From Eledone cirrhosa (Eukaryota): 64,000 bases of DNA. The position numbers were made by a program, and so were the translations under genes. Where the stretch lies: NCBI GenBank assembly GCA_964016885.1, contig OZ024744.1:30690001-30754000 (forward strand), read 5' to 3'. This document shows positions 27,681 through 41,860 of the stretch, piece by piece (the stretch's first letter is position 1; each line of letters starts with the position of its first letter). The notes under the pieces are model-generated. The model ran no database searches. It was not told the origin of the DNA and was given only the letters and a program-made list of their open reading frames with translations.

Positions 27681-27819
27681 AATGAAACAGTTCTAGTCCT
27701 GTAGAATCTCATCTATATTAACATTTTTTGACACCTAGATTCCTGATGATTTCTAAAGAATGAAACAGTTCTAGTCCTGTAGAATCTCATCTATATTAAA
27801 ATTTTTGGATACCCAGATT

Positions 27820-30800
27820 CCTGATGATTTCTAAAGAATGAAACAGTTCTAGTCCTGTAGAACCTCATCTATATTAACATTTTTTGATACCCAGATTCCT
27901 GATGATTTCTAAAGAATGAAACACTTCTAGGCCTGTAGAATCTCATATATATTAACATTTTTTGACACCCAGATTCCTGATGATTTCTAAAGAATGAAAC
28001 AGTCCTAGTCGTGTAGAATCTCATCTACATTAAAAAATGTTGATACCCAGATTCCTGATGATTTGTAAAGAATGAAACAGTTCTCGTCCTTTAGAATCTC
28101 ATCCATATTAAAATTTTTTGATACCCAGATTCCTGATGATTTCTAAAGAATGAAACAGTTCTAGTCCTGTAGAATCTAATGTATATTAATATTTTTTGAG
28201 AGCTAGATTTCTGATGATTTCTAAAGAATGAAACAGTTCTAGTCCTGTAGAATCTCATCTATACTAAAAAATTTTGATACCCAGATTCCTGGTGATTTCT
28301 AAAGAATGAAACAGTTCTAGTCCTCTAGAATCTCATCTATATTAACATTTTTTGATACCCAGATTCCTGATGATTTCTAAAGAATGAAACAGTTCTAGTC
28401 CTGTAGAATCTCATCTATATTAAAATTTTTGGATAACCAGATTCCTGATGATTTCTAAAGAATGAAACAGTTCTAGTCCTTTAGAATCTCATCCATATTA
28501 AACCATTTTGATACCCAGATTCCTGATGATGTCTAAAGAATGAAACAGTTCTCGTCCTGTAGAATCTCATCTATATTAAACATTTGTGATACCCAGATTC
28601 CTGATGAATTCTGAAGAATGAAACAGTTCTCGTTCTGTAGAATCTCATCTATATTAAAAAATTTTGATACCCAGATACCTGATGTTTTCTAAAGAATGAA
28701 ACAGTTCTAGTCCTGTAGAATATCATCTATACTAAAATGTTTTGATACCCAGTTTCCTGATGATTTCTAATGAATGAAACATTTCTAGTCCTGTAGAATC
28801 TCATCTATATTAACATTTTTTGACACCCAGATTACTGATGATTTCTAAAGAATGAAACAGTTCTAGTCCTGTAGAATCTCATCTATATTAAAATTTTTTG
28901 ACACCCAGATTCCTGATGATTTCTAAAGAATGAAACAGTTGTAGTTCAGTAGAATCTCATCTATATTAACACTTTTTGATACCCAGATTCCTGATGATTT
29001 CTAAAGAATGAAACAGTTCTAGTCCTGTAGAATCTCATGTATATTAACATTTTTTGATACCCAGATTCCTGATGATTTCTAAAGACTGAAACAGTTCTAT
29101 TCCTGTAGAATCTCATCTATATTAACATTTTTTGATACCCAGATTCCTGATGATTTCTAAAGAATGAAACAGTTCTAGTCCTTTAGAATCTCATCCATAT
29201 TAAAATTTTTTGATACCCAGATTCCTGATGATTTCTAAAGAATGAAACAGTTCTAGTCCTGTAGAATCTCATCTATATTAACATTTTTTGATACCCAGAT
29301 TCCTGATGATTTCTAAAGAAGGAAACAGTTCTAGTCCTGTAGAATCTCATCTATATTATCATGTTTTGATACCCAGATTCCTGATGATTTCTAAAGAATG
29401 AAACAGTTCTAGTCCTGTAGAATCTCATCTATATTAACATTTTTTGATACCCAGATGTCTGATGAATTCTAAAGAATGAAACAGTTCTAGTCCTGTTGAA
29501 TCTCATCTATACTAAAAAATGTTGATACCCAGATTCCTGGTGATTTCTAAAGAATGAAACAGTTCTAGTCCTCTAGAATCTCATCTATATTAACATTTTT
29601 TGATACCCAGATTCCTGATGATTTCTAAAGAATGAAACAGTTCTAGTCCTGTAGAATCTCATCTATATTAAAATTTTTTGATAACCAGATTCCTGATGAT
29701 TTCTAAAGAATGAAACAGTTCTAGTCCTTTAGAATCTCATCCATATTAAACTTTTTTGATACCCAGATTCCTGATGATTTCTAAAGAATGAAACAGTTCT
29801 CGTCCTGTAGAATCTCATCTATATTAAAATTTTTTGATACCCAGATTCCTGATGATTTCTAAAGAATGAAACAGTCCTAGTCGTGTAGAATCTCATCTAT
29901 ATTAAACATTTGTGATACCCAGATTCCTGATGAATTCTGAAGAATGAAACAGTTCTCGTTCTGTAGAATCTCATCTATATTAAAAAATGTTGATACCCAG
30001 ATACCTGATGTTTTCTAAAGAATGAAACAGTTCTAGTCCTGTAGAATATCATCTATACTAAAATGTTTTGATACCCAGTTTCCTGATGATTTCTAATGAA
30101 TGAAACATTTCTAGTCCTGTAGAATCTCATCTATATTAACATTTTTTGACACCCAGATTACTGATGATTTCTAAAGAATGAAACAGTTCTAGTCCTGTAG
30201 AATCTCATCTATATTAAAATTTTTTGACACCCAGATTCCTGATGATTTCTAAAGAATGAAACAGTTGTAGTTCAGTAGAATCTCATCTATATTAACACTT
30301 TTTGATACCCAGATTCCTGATGATTTCTAAAGAATGAAACAGTTCTAGTCCTGTAGAATCTCATGTATATTAACATTTTTTGATACCCAGATTCCTGATG
30401 ATTTCTAAAGACTGAAACAGTTCTATTCCTGTAGAATCTCATCTATATTAACATTTTTTGATACCCAGATTCCTGATGATTTCTAAAGAATGAAACAGTT
30501 CTAGTCCTTTAGAATCTCATCCATATTAAAATTTTTTGATACCCAGATTCCTGATGATTTCTAAAGAATGAAACAGTTCTAGTCCTGTAGAATCTCATCT
30601 ATATTAAAATTTTTTGATACCCAGATTCCTGATGATTTCTAATGAATGAAACATTTCTAGTCCTGTAGAATCTCATCTATATTAACATTTTTTGACACCC
30701 AGATTATTGATGATTTCTAAAGAATGAAACAGTTCTAGTCCTGTAGAATCTCATCTATATTAAAATTTTTTGACACCCAGATTCCTGATGATTTCTAAAG
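27820..30800. repeat. Dispersed copy of ~15,900-18,880 at an 11,922-bp offset, including an internal ~17-monomer duplication
   Basis: AGAGCTAG 16277->28199. AGACTGAAACAGTTCTATTCC at 17161/18487 and 29083/30409 (internal spacing 1,326; offset 11,922). Confidence 0.87.
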
Positions 30801-32409
30801 AATGAAACAGTTGTAGTTCAGTAGAATCTCATCTATATTAATACATTTTGATACCCAGATTCCTGATGATTTCTAAAGAATGAAACACCTCTAGTCCTAT
30901 AGAACCTCATCTATATTAAACATTTTTGATACCCAGATTCCTGATGATTTCTAAAGAATGAAACAGTTCTAGTCCAGTAGAATCTCCTCTATACTAAAAA
31001 TTTTTGATACCCAGATACCTGATGTTTTCTAAAGAATGAAACAGTTCTAGTCCTGTAGAATATCATCTACACTAAAATGTTTTGATACCCAGTTTCCTGA
31101 TGATTTCTAATGAATGAAACATTTCTAGTCCTGTAGAATCTCATCTATATTAACATTTTTTGACACCCAGATTCCTGATGATTTCTAAAGAATGAAACAG
31201 TTCTAGTCCTGTAGAATCTCATATATAGTAAAAATTTTTGATACCCAGATTCCTGATGATTTCTAAAGAATGAAACAGTTCTAGTCCTTTAGAATCTCAT
31301 GCATATTAAAATTTTTTGATGCCCAGATTCCTGATAATTTCTAAAGAATGAAACAGTTCTAGTCCTGTAGAATCTCATCTATATTAAAATTTGTTGATAC
31401 CCAGATTCCTGATAATTTCTAAAGAATGAAACAGTTCTAGTCCTGTAGAATCTCATCTATATTAACATTTTTTGATACCCAGATTCCTGATAATTTTTAA
31501 AGAATGAAACAGTTCTAGTCCTGTAGAATCTCATCTATATTAAAAATTTTTGATACCCAGATTCCTGATGATTTCTAAGAATGAAATAGTTCTAGTCCTG
31601 TAGAATCTCATCTATATTAACATTTTTTGATACTTAGATTCCTGATGATTTCTGAAGAATGAAACAGTTCTACTCCTGTAGAATCTCATCTATATTAACA
31701 TGTTTTGATACCCAGATTCCTGATGATTTCTAAAGAATGAAACAGTTCTAGTCCTGTAGAATCTCATCTATATTAACATTTTTTGATACCCAGATGTCTG
31801 ATGAATTCTAAAGAATGAAACAGTTCTAGTCCTGTAGAATCTCATCTATACTAAAAAATTTTGATACCCAGATTCCTGGTGATTTCTAAAGAATGAAACA
31901 GTTCTAGTCCTGTAGAATCTCATCTATATTAACATTTTTTGATACCCAGATTCCTGATAATTTTTAAAGAATGAAACAGTTCTAGTCCTGTAGAATCTCA
32001 TCTATATTAAAAATTTTTGATACCCAGATTCCTGATGATTTCTAAGAATGAAATAGTTCTAGTCCTGTAGAATCTCATCTATATTAACATTTTTTGATAC
32101 TTAGATTCCTGATGATTTCTGAAGAATGAAACAGTTCTACTCCTGTAGAATCTCATCTATATTAACATGTTTTGATACCCAGATTCCTGATGATTTCTAA
32201 AGAATGAAACAGTTCTAGTCCTGTAGAATCTCATCTATATTAACATTTTTTGACACCCAGATTCCTGATGATTTCTAAAGAATGAAACAGTTCTAGTCCT
32301 GTAGAATCTCATCTATATTAACATTTTTGGATAACCAGATTCCTGATGATATCTAAAGAATGAAACAGTTCTAGTCCTTTAGAATCTCATCCATATTAAA
32401 CTTTTTTGA

Positions 32410-35400
32410 TACCCAGATTCCTGATGATTTCTAAAGAATGAAACAGTTCTCGTCCTGTAGAATCTCATCTATATTAAAATTTTTTGCTACCCAGATTCCT
32501 GATGATTTCTAAAGAATGAAACAGTCCTAGTCGTGTAGAATCTCATCTATATTAAACATTTGTGATACCCAGATTCCTGATGAATTCTGAAGAATGAAAC
32601 AGTTCTCGTTCTGTAGAATCTCATCTATATTAAAAAATTTTGATACCCAGATACCTGATGTTTTCTAAAGAATGAAACAGTTCTAGTCCTGTAGAATATC
32701 ATCTATACTAAAATGTTTTGATACCCAGTTTCCTGATGATTTCTTATGAATGAAACATTTCTAGTCCTGTAGAATCTCATCTATATTAACATTTTTTGAC
32801 ACCCAGATTACTGATGATTTCTAAAGAATGAAACAGTTCTAGTCCTGTAGAATCTCATCTATATTAAAATTTTTTGACACCCAGATTCCTGATGATTTCT
32901 AAAGAATGAAACAGTTGTAGTTCAGTAGAATCTCATCTATATTAACACTTTTTGATACCCAGATTCCTGATGATTTCTAAAGAATGAAACAGTTCTAGTC
33001 CTGTAGAATCTCATGTATATTATCATTTTTTGATACCCAGATTCCTGATGATTTCTAAAGACTGAAACAGTTCTAGTCCTGTAGAATCTCATCTATATTA
33101 ACATTTTTTGATACCCAGATTCCTGATGATTTCTAAAGAATGAAACAGTTCTAGTCCTTTAGAATCTCATCCATATTAAAATTTTTTGATACCCAGATTC
33201 CTGATGATTTCTAAAGAATGAAACAGTTCTAGTCCTGTAGAATCTCATCTATATTAAAATTTTTTGATACCCAGATTTCTGATGATTTCTAATGAATGAA
33301 ACATTTCTAGTCCTGTAGAATCTCATCTACATTAAAATTTTTTGACACCCAGATTACTGATGATTTCTAAAGAATGAAACAGTTCTAGTCCTGTAGAATC
33401 TCATCTATATTAAAATTTTTTGACACCCAGATTCCTGATGATTTCTAAAGAATGAAACAGTTGTAGCTCAGTAGAATCTCATCTATATTAACACATTTTG
33501 ATACCCAGATTCCTGATGATTTCTAAAGAATGAAACACCTCTAGTCCTATAGAACCTCATCTATATTAAACATTTTTGATACTCAGATTCCTAATGATTT
33601 CTAAAGAATGAAACAGTTCTAGTCCAATAGAATCTCATCTATACTAAAAATTTTTGATACCCAGATACCTGATGTTTTCTAAAGAATGAAACAGTTCTAG
33701 TCCTGTAGAATATCATCTATACTAAAATGTTTTGATACCCAGTTTCCTGATGATTTCTAATGAATGAAACATTTCTAGTCCTGTAGAATCTCATCTATAT
33801 TAATATTTTTTGACACCCAGATTACTGATGATTTCTAAAGAATGAAACAGTTCTAGTCCTGTAGAATCTCATCTATATTAAAATTTTTTGATACCCAGAT
33901 GTCTGATGAATTCTAAAGAATGAAACAGTTCTAGTCCTTTAGAATCTCATCCATATTAACATTTTTTGATACCCAGATTCCTGGTGATTTCTAAAGAATG
34001 AAACAGTTCTCGTCCTGTAGAATCTCATCTATATTAAAATTTTTTGATACCCAGATTCCTGATGATTTCTAAAGAATGAAACAGTCGTAGTCGTGTAGAA
34101 TCTCATCTATATTAAACATTTGTGATACCCAGATTCCTGATGATTTCTAAAGAATGAAACAGTTCTCGTTCTGTAGAATCTCATCTATATTAAAAAATTT
34201 TGATACCCAGATTCCTGATGTTTTCTAAAGAATGAAACAGTTCTAGTCATGTAGAATATCATCTATACTAAAATGTTTTGATACCCAGTTTCCTGATGAT
34301 TTCTAATGAATGAAACATTTCTAGTCCTGTAGAATCTCATCTATATTAACATTTTTTGACACCCAGATTACTGATGATTTCTAAAGAATGAAACAGTTCT
34401 AGTCCTGTAGAATCTCATCTATATTAAAATTTTTTGACACCCAGATTCCTGATGATTTCTAAAGAATGAAACAGTTGTAGTTCAGTAGAATCTCATCCAT
34501 ATTAAAATTTTTTGATACCCAGATTCCTGATGATTTCTAAAGAATGAAACAGTTCTAGTCCTGTAGAATCTAATCTATACTAAAAAACTTTGATACCCAG
34601 ATTCCTGGTGATTTCTAAAGAATGAAACAGTTCTAGTCCTCTAGAATCTCATCTATATTAACATTTTTTGACACCCAGATTCCTGATGATTTCTAAAGAA
34701 TGAAACAGTTCTAGTCCTGTAGAATCTCATCTATATTAACATTTTTTGACACCCAGATTCCTGATGATTTCTAAAGACTGAAACAGTTCTAGTCCTGTAG
34801 AATCTCATCTATATTAAAATTTTTTGATACCCAGATTCCTGATGATTTCCAATGAATGAAACATTTCTAGTCCTGTAGAATCTCATCTATATTAACATTT
34901 TTTGACACCCAGATTACTGATGATTTCTAAAGAATGAAACAGTTCTAGTCCTGTAGAATCTCATCTATATTAAAATTTTTTGAAACCCAGATTCCTGATG
35001 ATTTCTAAAGAATGAAACAGTTGTAGTTCAGTAGAATCTCATCTATATTAACACATTTTGATACCCAGATTCCTGATGATTTCTAAAGAATGAAACACCT
35101 CTAGTCCTGTAGAACCTCATCTATATTAAACATTTTTGATACCCAGATTCCTGATGATTTCTAAAGAATGAAACAGTTCTAGTCCAGTAGAATCTCATCT
35201 ATACTAAAAATTTTTGATACCCAGATACCTGATGTTTTCTAAAGAATTAAACAGTTCTAGTCCTGTAGAATATCATCTATACTAAAATGTTTTGATACCC
35301 AGTTTCCTGATGATTTCTAATGAATGAAACATTTCTAGTCCTGTAGAATCTCATCTATATTAACATTTTTTGACACCCAGATTACTGATGATTTCTAAAG

Positions 35401-38400
35401 AATGAAACAGTTCTAGTCCTGTAGAATCTCATGTATATTAACATTTTTTGATACCCAGATTCCTGATGATTTCTAAAGAATGAAACAGTTCTAGTCCTGT
35501 AGAATCTCATCTATATTAACATTTTTTGATACCCAGATTCCTGATGATTTCTAGAGAATGAAACAGTTCTAGTCCTGTAGAATCTCATCTATATTAACAT
35601 TTTTGATACCCAGATTCCTGATGATTTCTAAAGAATGAAACAGTTCTAGTCCTGTAGAATCTCATCTATATTAAAATTTTTTGACACCCAGATTCCTGAT
35701 GATTTCTAAAGACTGAAACAGTTCTAGTCCTGTAGAATATTATCTATATTAAAATTTTTTGATACCCAGATTCCTGATGTTTTCTAATGAATGAAACATT
35801 TCTAGTCCTGTAGAATCTCATCTATATTAACATTTTTTGACACCCAGATTACTGATGATTTCTAAAGAATGAAACAGTTCTAGTCCTGTAGAATCTCATC
35901 TATATTAACATTTTTTGACACCCAGATTACTGATGATTTCTAAATAATGAAACAGTTCTAGTCCTGTAGAATCTCATCTATATTAAAATTTTTTGACACC
36001 CAGATTCCTGATGATTTCTAAAGAATGAAACAGTTGTAGTTCAGTAGAATCTCATCTATATTAACACTTTTTGATACCCAGATTCCTGATGATTTCTAAA
36101 GAATGAAACACCTCTAGTCCTGTAGAACCTCATCTATATTAAACATTTTTGATACCCAGATTCCTGATGATTTCTAAAGAATGAAACAGTTCTAGTCCAG
36201 TAGAATCTCATCTATACTAAAAAATTTTGATACCCAGATTCCTGGTGATTTCTAAAGAATGAAACAGTTCTAGTCCTCTAGAATCTCATCTATATTAAAA
36301 TTTTTTGATACCCAGATTCCTGATGATTTCTAAAGAATGAAACAGTTCTAGTCCTGTAGAATCTCATCTATATTAAAATTTTTTGATACCCAGATTCCTG
36401 ATGATTTCTAAAGAATGAAACAGTTCTAGTCCTGTAGAATCTCATGTATATTAAAATTTTTTGATACCCAGATTCCTGATGATTTCTAAAGAATGAAATA
36501 GTTCTAGTCCTGTAGAATCTCATCTATATTAACATTTTTTGATACCCAGATTCCTGATGATTTCTAAAGAATGAAACAGTGCTAGTCCTGTAGAATCTCA
36601 TCTATATTAAAAATGTTTGATACCCAGATTGCTGATGATTTCTAAAGAATGAAACAGTTCTAGTCCAGTAGAATCTCATCTATACTAAAAATTTTTGATA
36701 CCCAGATACCTGATGTTTTCTAAAGAATGAAACAGTTCTAGTCCTGTAGAATATCATCTATACTAAAATGTTTTGATACCCAGTTTCCTGATGATTTCTA
36801 ATGAATGAAACATTTCTAGTCCTGTAGAATCTCATCTATATTAACATTTTTTGACACCCAGATTACTGATGATTTCTAAAGAATGAAACAGTTCTAGTCC
36901 TGTAGAATCTCATGTATATTAACATTTTTTGATACCCAGATTCCTGATGATTTCTAAAGAATGAAACAGTTCTAGTCCTGTAGAATCTCATCTATATTAA
37001 CATTTTTTGATACCCAGATTCCTGATGATTTCTAGAGAATGAAACAGTTCTAGTCCTGTAGAATCTCATCTATATTAACATTTTTGATACCCAGATTCCT
37101 GATGATTTCTAAAGAATGAAACAGTTCTAGTCCTGTAGAATCTCATCTATATTAACATTTTTTGACACCCAGATTCCTGATGATTTCTAAAGACTGAAAC
37201 AGTTCTAGTCCTGTAGAATATTATCTATATTAAAATTTTTTGATACCCAGATTCCTGATGATTTCTAAAGAATGAAACAGTTCTCGTCCTGTAGAATCTC
37301 ATCTATATTAAAATTTTTTGCTACCCAGATTCCTGATGATTTCTAAAGAATGAAACAGTCCTAGTCGTGTAGAATCTCATCTATATTAAACATTTGTGAT
37401 ACCCAGATTCCTGATGAATTCTGAAGAATGAAACAGTTCTCGTTCTGTAGAATCTCATCTATATTAAAAAATTTTGATACCCAGATACCTGATGTTTTCT
37501 AAAGAATGAAACAGTTCTAGTCCTGTAGAATATCATCTATACTAAAATGTTTTGATACCCAGTTTCCTGATGATTTCTTATGAATGAAACATTTCTAGTC
37601 CTGTAGAATCTCATCTATATTAACATTTTTTGACACCCAGATTACTGATGATTTCTAAAGAATGAAACAGTTCTAGTCCTGTAGAATCTCATCTATATTA
37701 AAATTTTTTGACACCCAGATTCCTGATGATTTCTAAAGAATGAAACAGTTGTAGTTCAGTAGAATCTCATCTATATTAACACTTTTTGATACCCAGATTC
37801 CTGATGATTTCTAAAGAATGAAACAGTTCTAGTCCTGTAGAATCTCATGTATATTATCATTTTTTGATACCCAGATTCCTGATGATTTCTAAAGACTGAA
37901 ACAGTTCTAGTCCTGTAGAATCTCATCTATATTAACATTTTTTGACACCCAGATTACTGATGATTTCTAAAGAATGAAACAGTTCTAGTCCTGTAGAATC
38001 TCATCTATATTAAAATTTTTTGACACCCAGATTCCTGATGATTTCTAAAGAATGAAACAGTTGTAGCTCAGTAGAATCTCATCTATATTAACACATTTTG
38101 ATACCCAGATTCCTGATGATTTCTAAAGAATGAAACACCTCTAGTCCTATAGAACCTCATCTATATTAAACATTTTTGATACTCAGATTCCTAATGATTT
38201 CTAAAGAATGAAACAGTTCTAGTCCAATAGAATCTCATCTATACTAAAAATTTTTGATACCCAGATACCTGATGTTTTCTAAAGAATGAAACAGTTCTAG
38301 TCCTGTAGAATATCATCTATACTAAAATGTTTTGATACCCAGTTTCCTGATGATTTCTAATGAATGAAACATTTCTAGTCCTGTAGAATCTCATCTATAT

Positions 38401-41400
38401 TAATATTTTTTGACACCCAGATTACTGATGATTTCTAAAGAATGAAACAGTTCTAGTCCTGTAGAATCTCATCTATATTAAAATTTTTTGATACCCAGAT
38501 GTCTGATGAATTCTAAAGAATGAAACAGTTCTAGTCCTTTAGAATCTCATCCATATTAACATTTTTTGATACCCAGATTCCTGGTGATTTCTAAAGAATG
38601 AAACAGTTCTCGTCCTGTAGAATCTCATCTATATTAAAATTTTTTGATACCCAGATTCCTGATGATTTCTAAAGAATGAAACAGTCGTAGTCGTGTAGAA
38701 TCTCATCTATATTAAACATTTGTGATACCCAGATTCCTGATGATTTCTAAAGAATGAAACAGTTCTCGTTCTGTAGAATCTCATCTATATTAAAAAATTT
38801 TGATACCCAGATTCCTGATGTTTTCTAAAGAATGAAACAGTTCTAGTCATGTAGAATATCATCTATACTAAAATGTTTTGATACCCAGTTTCCTGATGAT
38901 TTCTAATGAATGAAACATTTCTAGTCCTGTAGAATCTCATCTATATTAACATTTTTTGACACCCAGATTACTGATGATTTCTAAAGAATGAAACAGTTCT
39001 AGTCCTGTAGAATCTCATCTATATTAAAATTTTTTGACACCCAGATTCCTGATGATTTCTAAAGAATGAAACAGTTGTAGTTCAGTAGAATCTCATCCAT
39101 ATTAAAATTTTTTGATACCCAGATTCCTGATGATTTCTAAAGAATGAAACAGTTCTAGTCCTGTAGAATCTAATCTATACTAAAAAACTTTGATACCCAG
39201 ATTCCTGGTGATTTCTAAAGAATGAAACAGTTCTAGTCCTCTAGAATCTCATCTATATTAACATTTTTTGACACCCAGATTCCTGATGATTTCTAAAGAA
39301 TGAAACAGTTCTAGTCCTGTAGAATCTCATCTATATTAACATTTTTTGACACCCAGATTCCTGATGATTTCTAAAGACTGAAACAGTTCTAGTCCTGTAG
39401 AATCTCATCTATATTAAAATTTTTTGATACCCAGATTCCTGATGATTTCCAATGAATGAAACATTTCTAGTCCTGTAGAATCTCATCTATATTAACATTT
39501 TTTGACACCCAGATTACTGATGATTTCTAAAGAATGAAACAGTTCTAGTCCTGTAGAATCTCATCTATATTAAAATTTTTTGAAACCCAGATTCCTGATG
39601 ATTTCTAAAGAATGAAACAGTTGTAGTTCAGTAGAATCTCATCTATATTAACACATTTTGATACCCAGATTCCTGATGATTTCTAAAGAATGAAACACCT
39701 CTAGTCCTGTAGAACCTCATCTATATTAAACATTTTTGATACCCAGATTCCTGATGATTTCTAAAGAATGAAACAGTTCTAGTCCAGTAGAATCTCATCT
39801 ATACTAAAAATTTTTGATACCCAGATACCTGATGTTTTCTAAAGAATTAAACAGTTCTAGTCCTGTAGAATATCATCTATACTAAAATGTTTTGATACCC
39901 AGTTTCCTGATGATTTCTAATGAATGAAACATTTCTAGTCCTGTAGAATCTCATCTATATTAACATTTTTTGACACCCAGATTACTGATGATTTCTAAAG
40001 AATGAAACAGTTCTAGTCCTGTAGAATCTCATGTATATTAACATTTTTTGATACCCAGATTCCTGATGATTTCTAAAGAATGAAACAGTTCTAGTCCTGT
40101 AGAATCTCATCTATATTAACATTTTTTGATACCCAGATTCCTGATGATTTCTAGAGAATGAAACAGTTCTAGTCCTGTAGAATCTCATCTATATTAACAT
40201 TTTTGATACCCAGATTCCTGATGATTTCTAAAGAATGAAACAGTTCTAGTCCTGTAGAATCTCATCTATATTAAAATTTTTTGACACCCAGATTCCTGAT
40301 GATTTCTAAAGACTGAAACAGTTCTAGTCCTGTAGAATATTATCTATATTAAAATTTTTTGATACCCAGATTCCTGATGTTTTCTAATGAATGAAACATT
40401 TCTAGTCCTGTAGAATCTCATCTATATTAACATTTTTTGACACCCAGATTACTGATGATTTCTAAAGAATGAAACAGTTCTAGTCCTGTAGAATCTCATC
40501 TATATTAACATTTTTTGACACCCAGATTACTGATGATTTCTAAATAATGAAACAGTTCTAGTCCTGTAGAATCTCATCTATATTAAAATTTTTTGACACC
40601 CAGATTCCTGATGATTTCTAAAGAATGAAACAGTTGTAGTTCAGTAGAATCTCATCTATATTAACACTTTTTGATACCCAGATTCCTGATGATTTCTAAA
40701 GAATGAAACACCTCTAGTCCTGTAGAACCTCATCTATATTAAACATTTTTGATACCCAGATTCCTGATGATTTCTAAAGAATGAAACAGTTCTAGTCCAG
40801 TAGAATCTCATCTATACTAAAAAATTTTGATACCCAGATTCCTGGTGATTTCTAAAGAATGAAACAGTTCTAGTCCTCTAGAATCTCATCTATATTAAAA
40901 TTTTTTGATACCCAGATTCCTGATGATTTCTAAAGAATGAAACAGTTCTAGTCCTGTAGAATCTCATCTATATTAAAATTTTTTGATACCCAGATTCCTG
41001 ATGATTTCTAAAGAATGAAACAGTTCTAGTCCTGTAGAATCTCATGTATATTAAAATTTTTTGATACCCAGATTCCTGATGATTTCTAAAGAATGAAATA
41101 GTTCTAGTCCTGTAGAATCTCATCTATATTAACATTTTTTGATACCCAGATTCCTGATGATTTCTAAAGAATGAAACAGTGCTAGTCCTGTAGAATCTCA
41201 TCTATATTAAAAATGTTTGATACCCAGATTGCTGATGATTTCTAAAGAATGAAACAGTTCTAGTCCAGTAGAATCTCATCTATACTAAAAATTTTTGATA
41301 CCCAGATACCTGATGTTTTCTAAAGAATGAAACAGTTCTAGTCCTGTAGAATATCATCTATACTAAAATGTTTTGATACCCAGTTTCCTGATGATTTCTA

Positions 41401-41860
41401 ATGAATGAAACATTTCTAGTCCTGTAGAATCTCATCTATATTAACATTTTTTGACACCCAGATTACTGATGATTTCTAAAGAATGAAACAGTTCTAGTCC
41501 TGTAGAATCTCATGTATATTAACATTTTTTGATACCCAGATTCCTGATGATTTCTAAAGAATGAAACAGTTCTAGTCCTGTAGAATCTCATCTATATTAA
41601 CATTTTTTGATACCCAGATTCCTGATGATTTCTAGAGAATGAAACAGTTCTAGTCCTGTAGAATCTCATCTATATTAACATTTTTGATACCCAGATTCCT
41701 GATGATTTCTAAAGAATGAAACAGTTCTAGTCCTGTAGAATCTCATCTATATTAACATTTTTTGACACCCAGATTCCTGATGATTTCTAAAGACTGAAAC
41801 AGTTCTAGTCCTGTAGAATATTATCTATATTAAAATTTTTTGATACCCAGATTCCTGATG
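32410..41860. repeat. Recent tandem duplication of a 62-monomer block, with the second copy 3 monomers shorter (offsets 4,834 then 4,600 bp)
   Basis: GCTACCCAG at 32486/37320 (4,834). ACTCAGATTCCTAATG at 33581/38181, AAAGAATTAA at 35241/39841, TAAATAATGA at 35941/40541 and GCTAGTCC at 36581/41181 (all 4,600). Confidence 0.92.
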
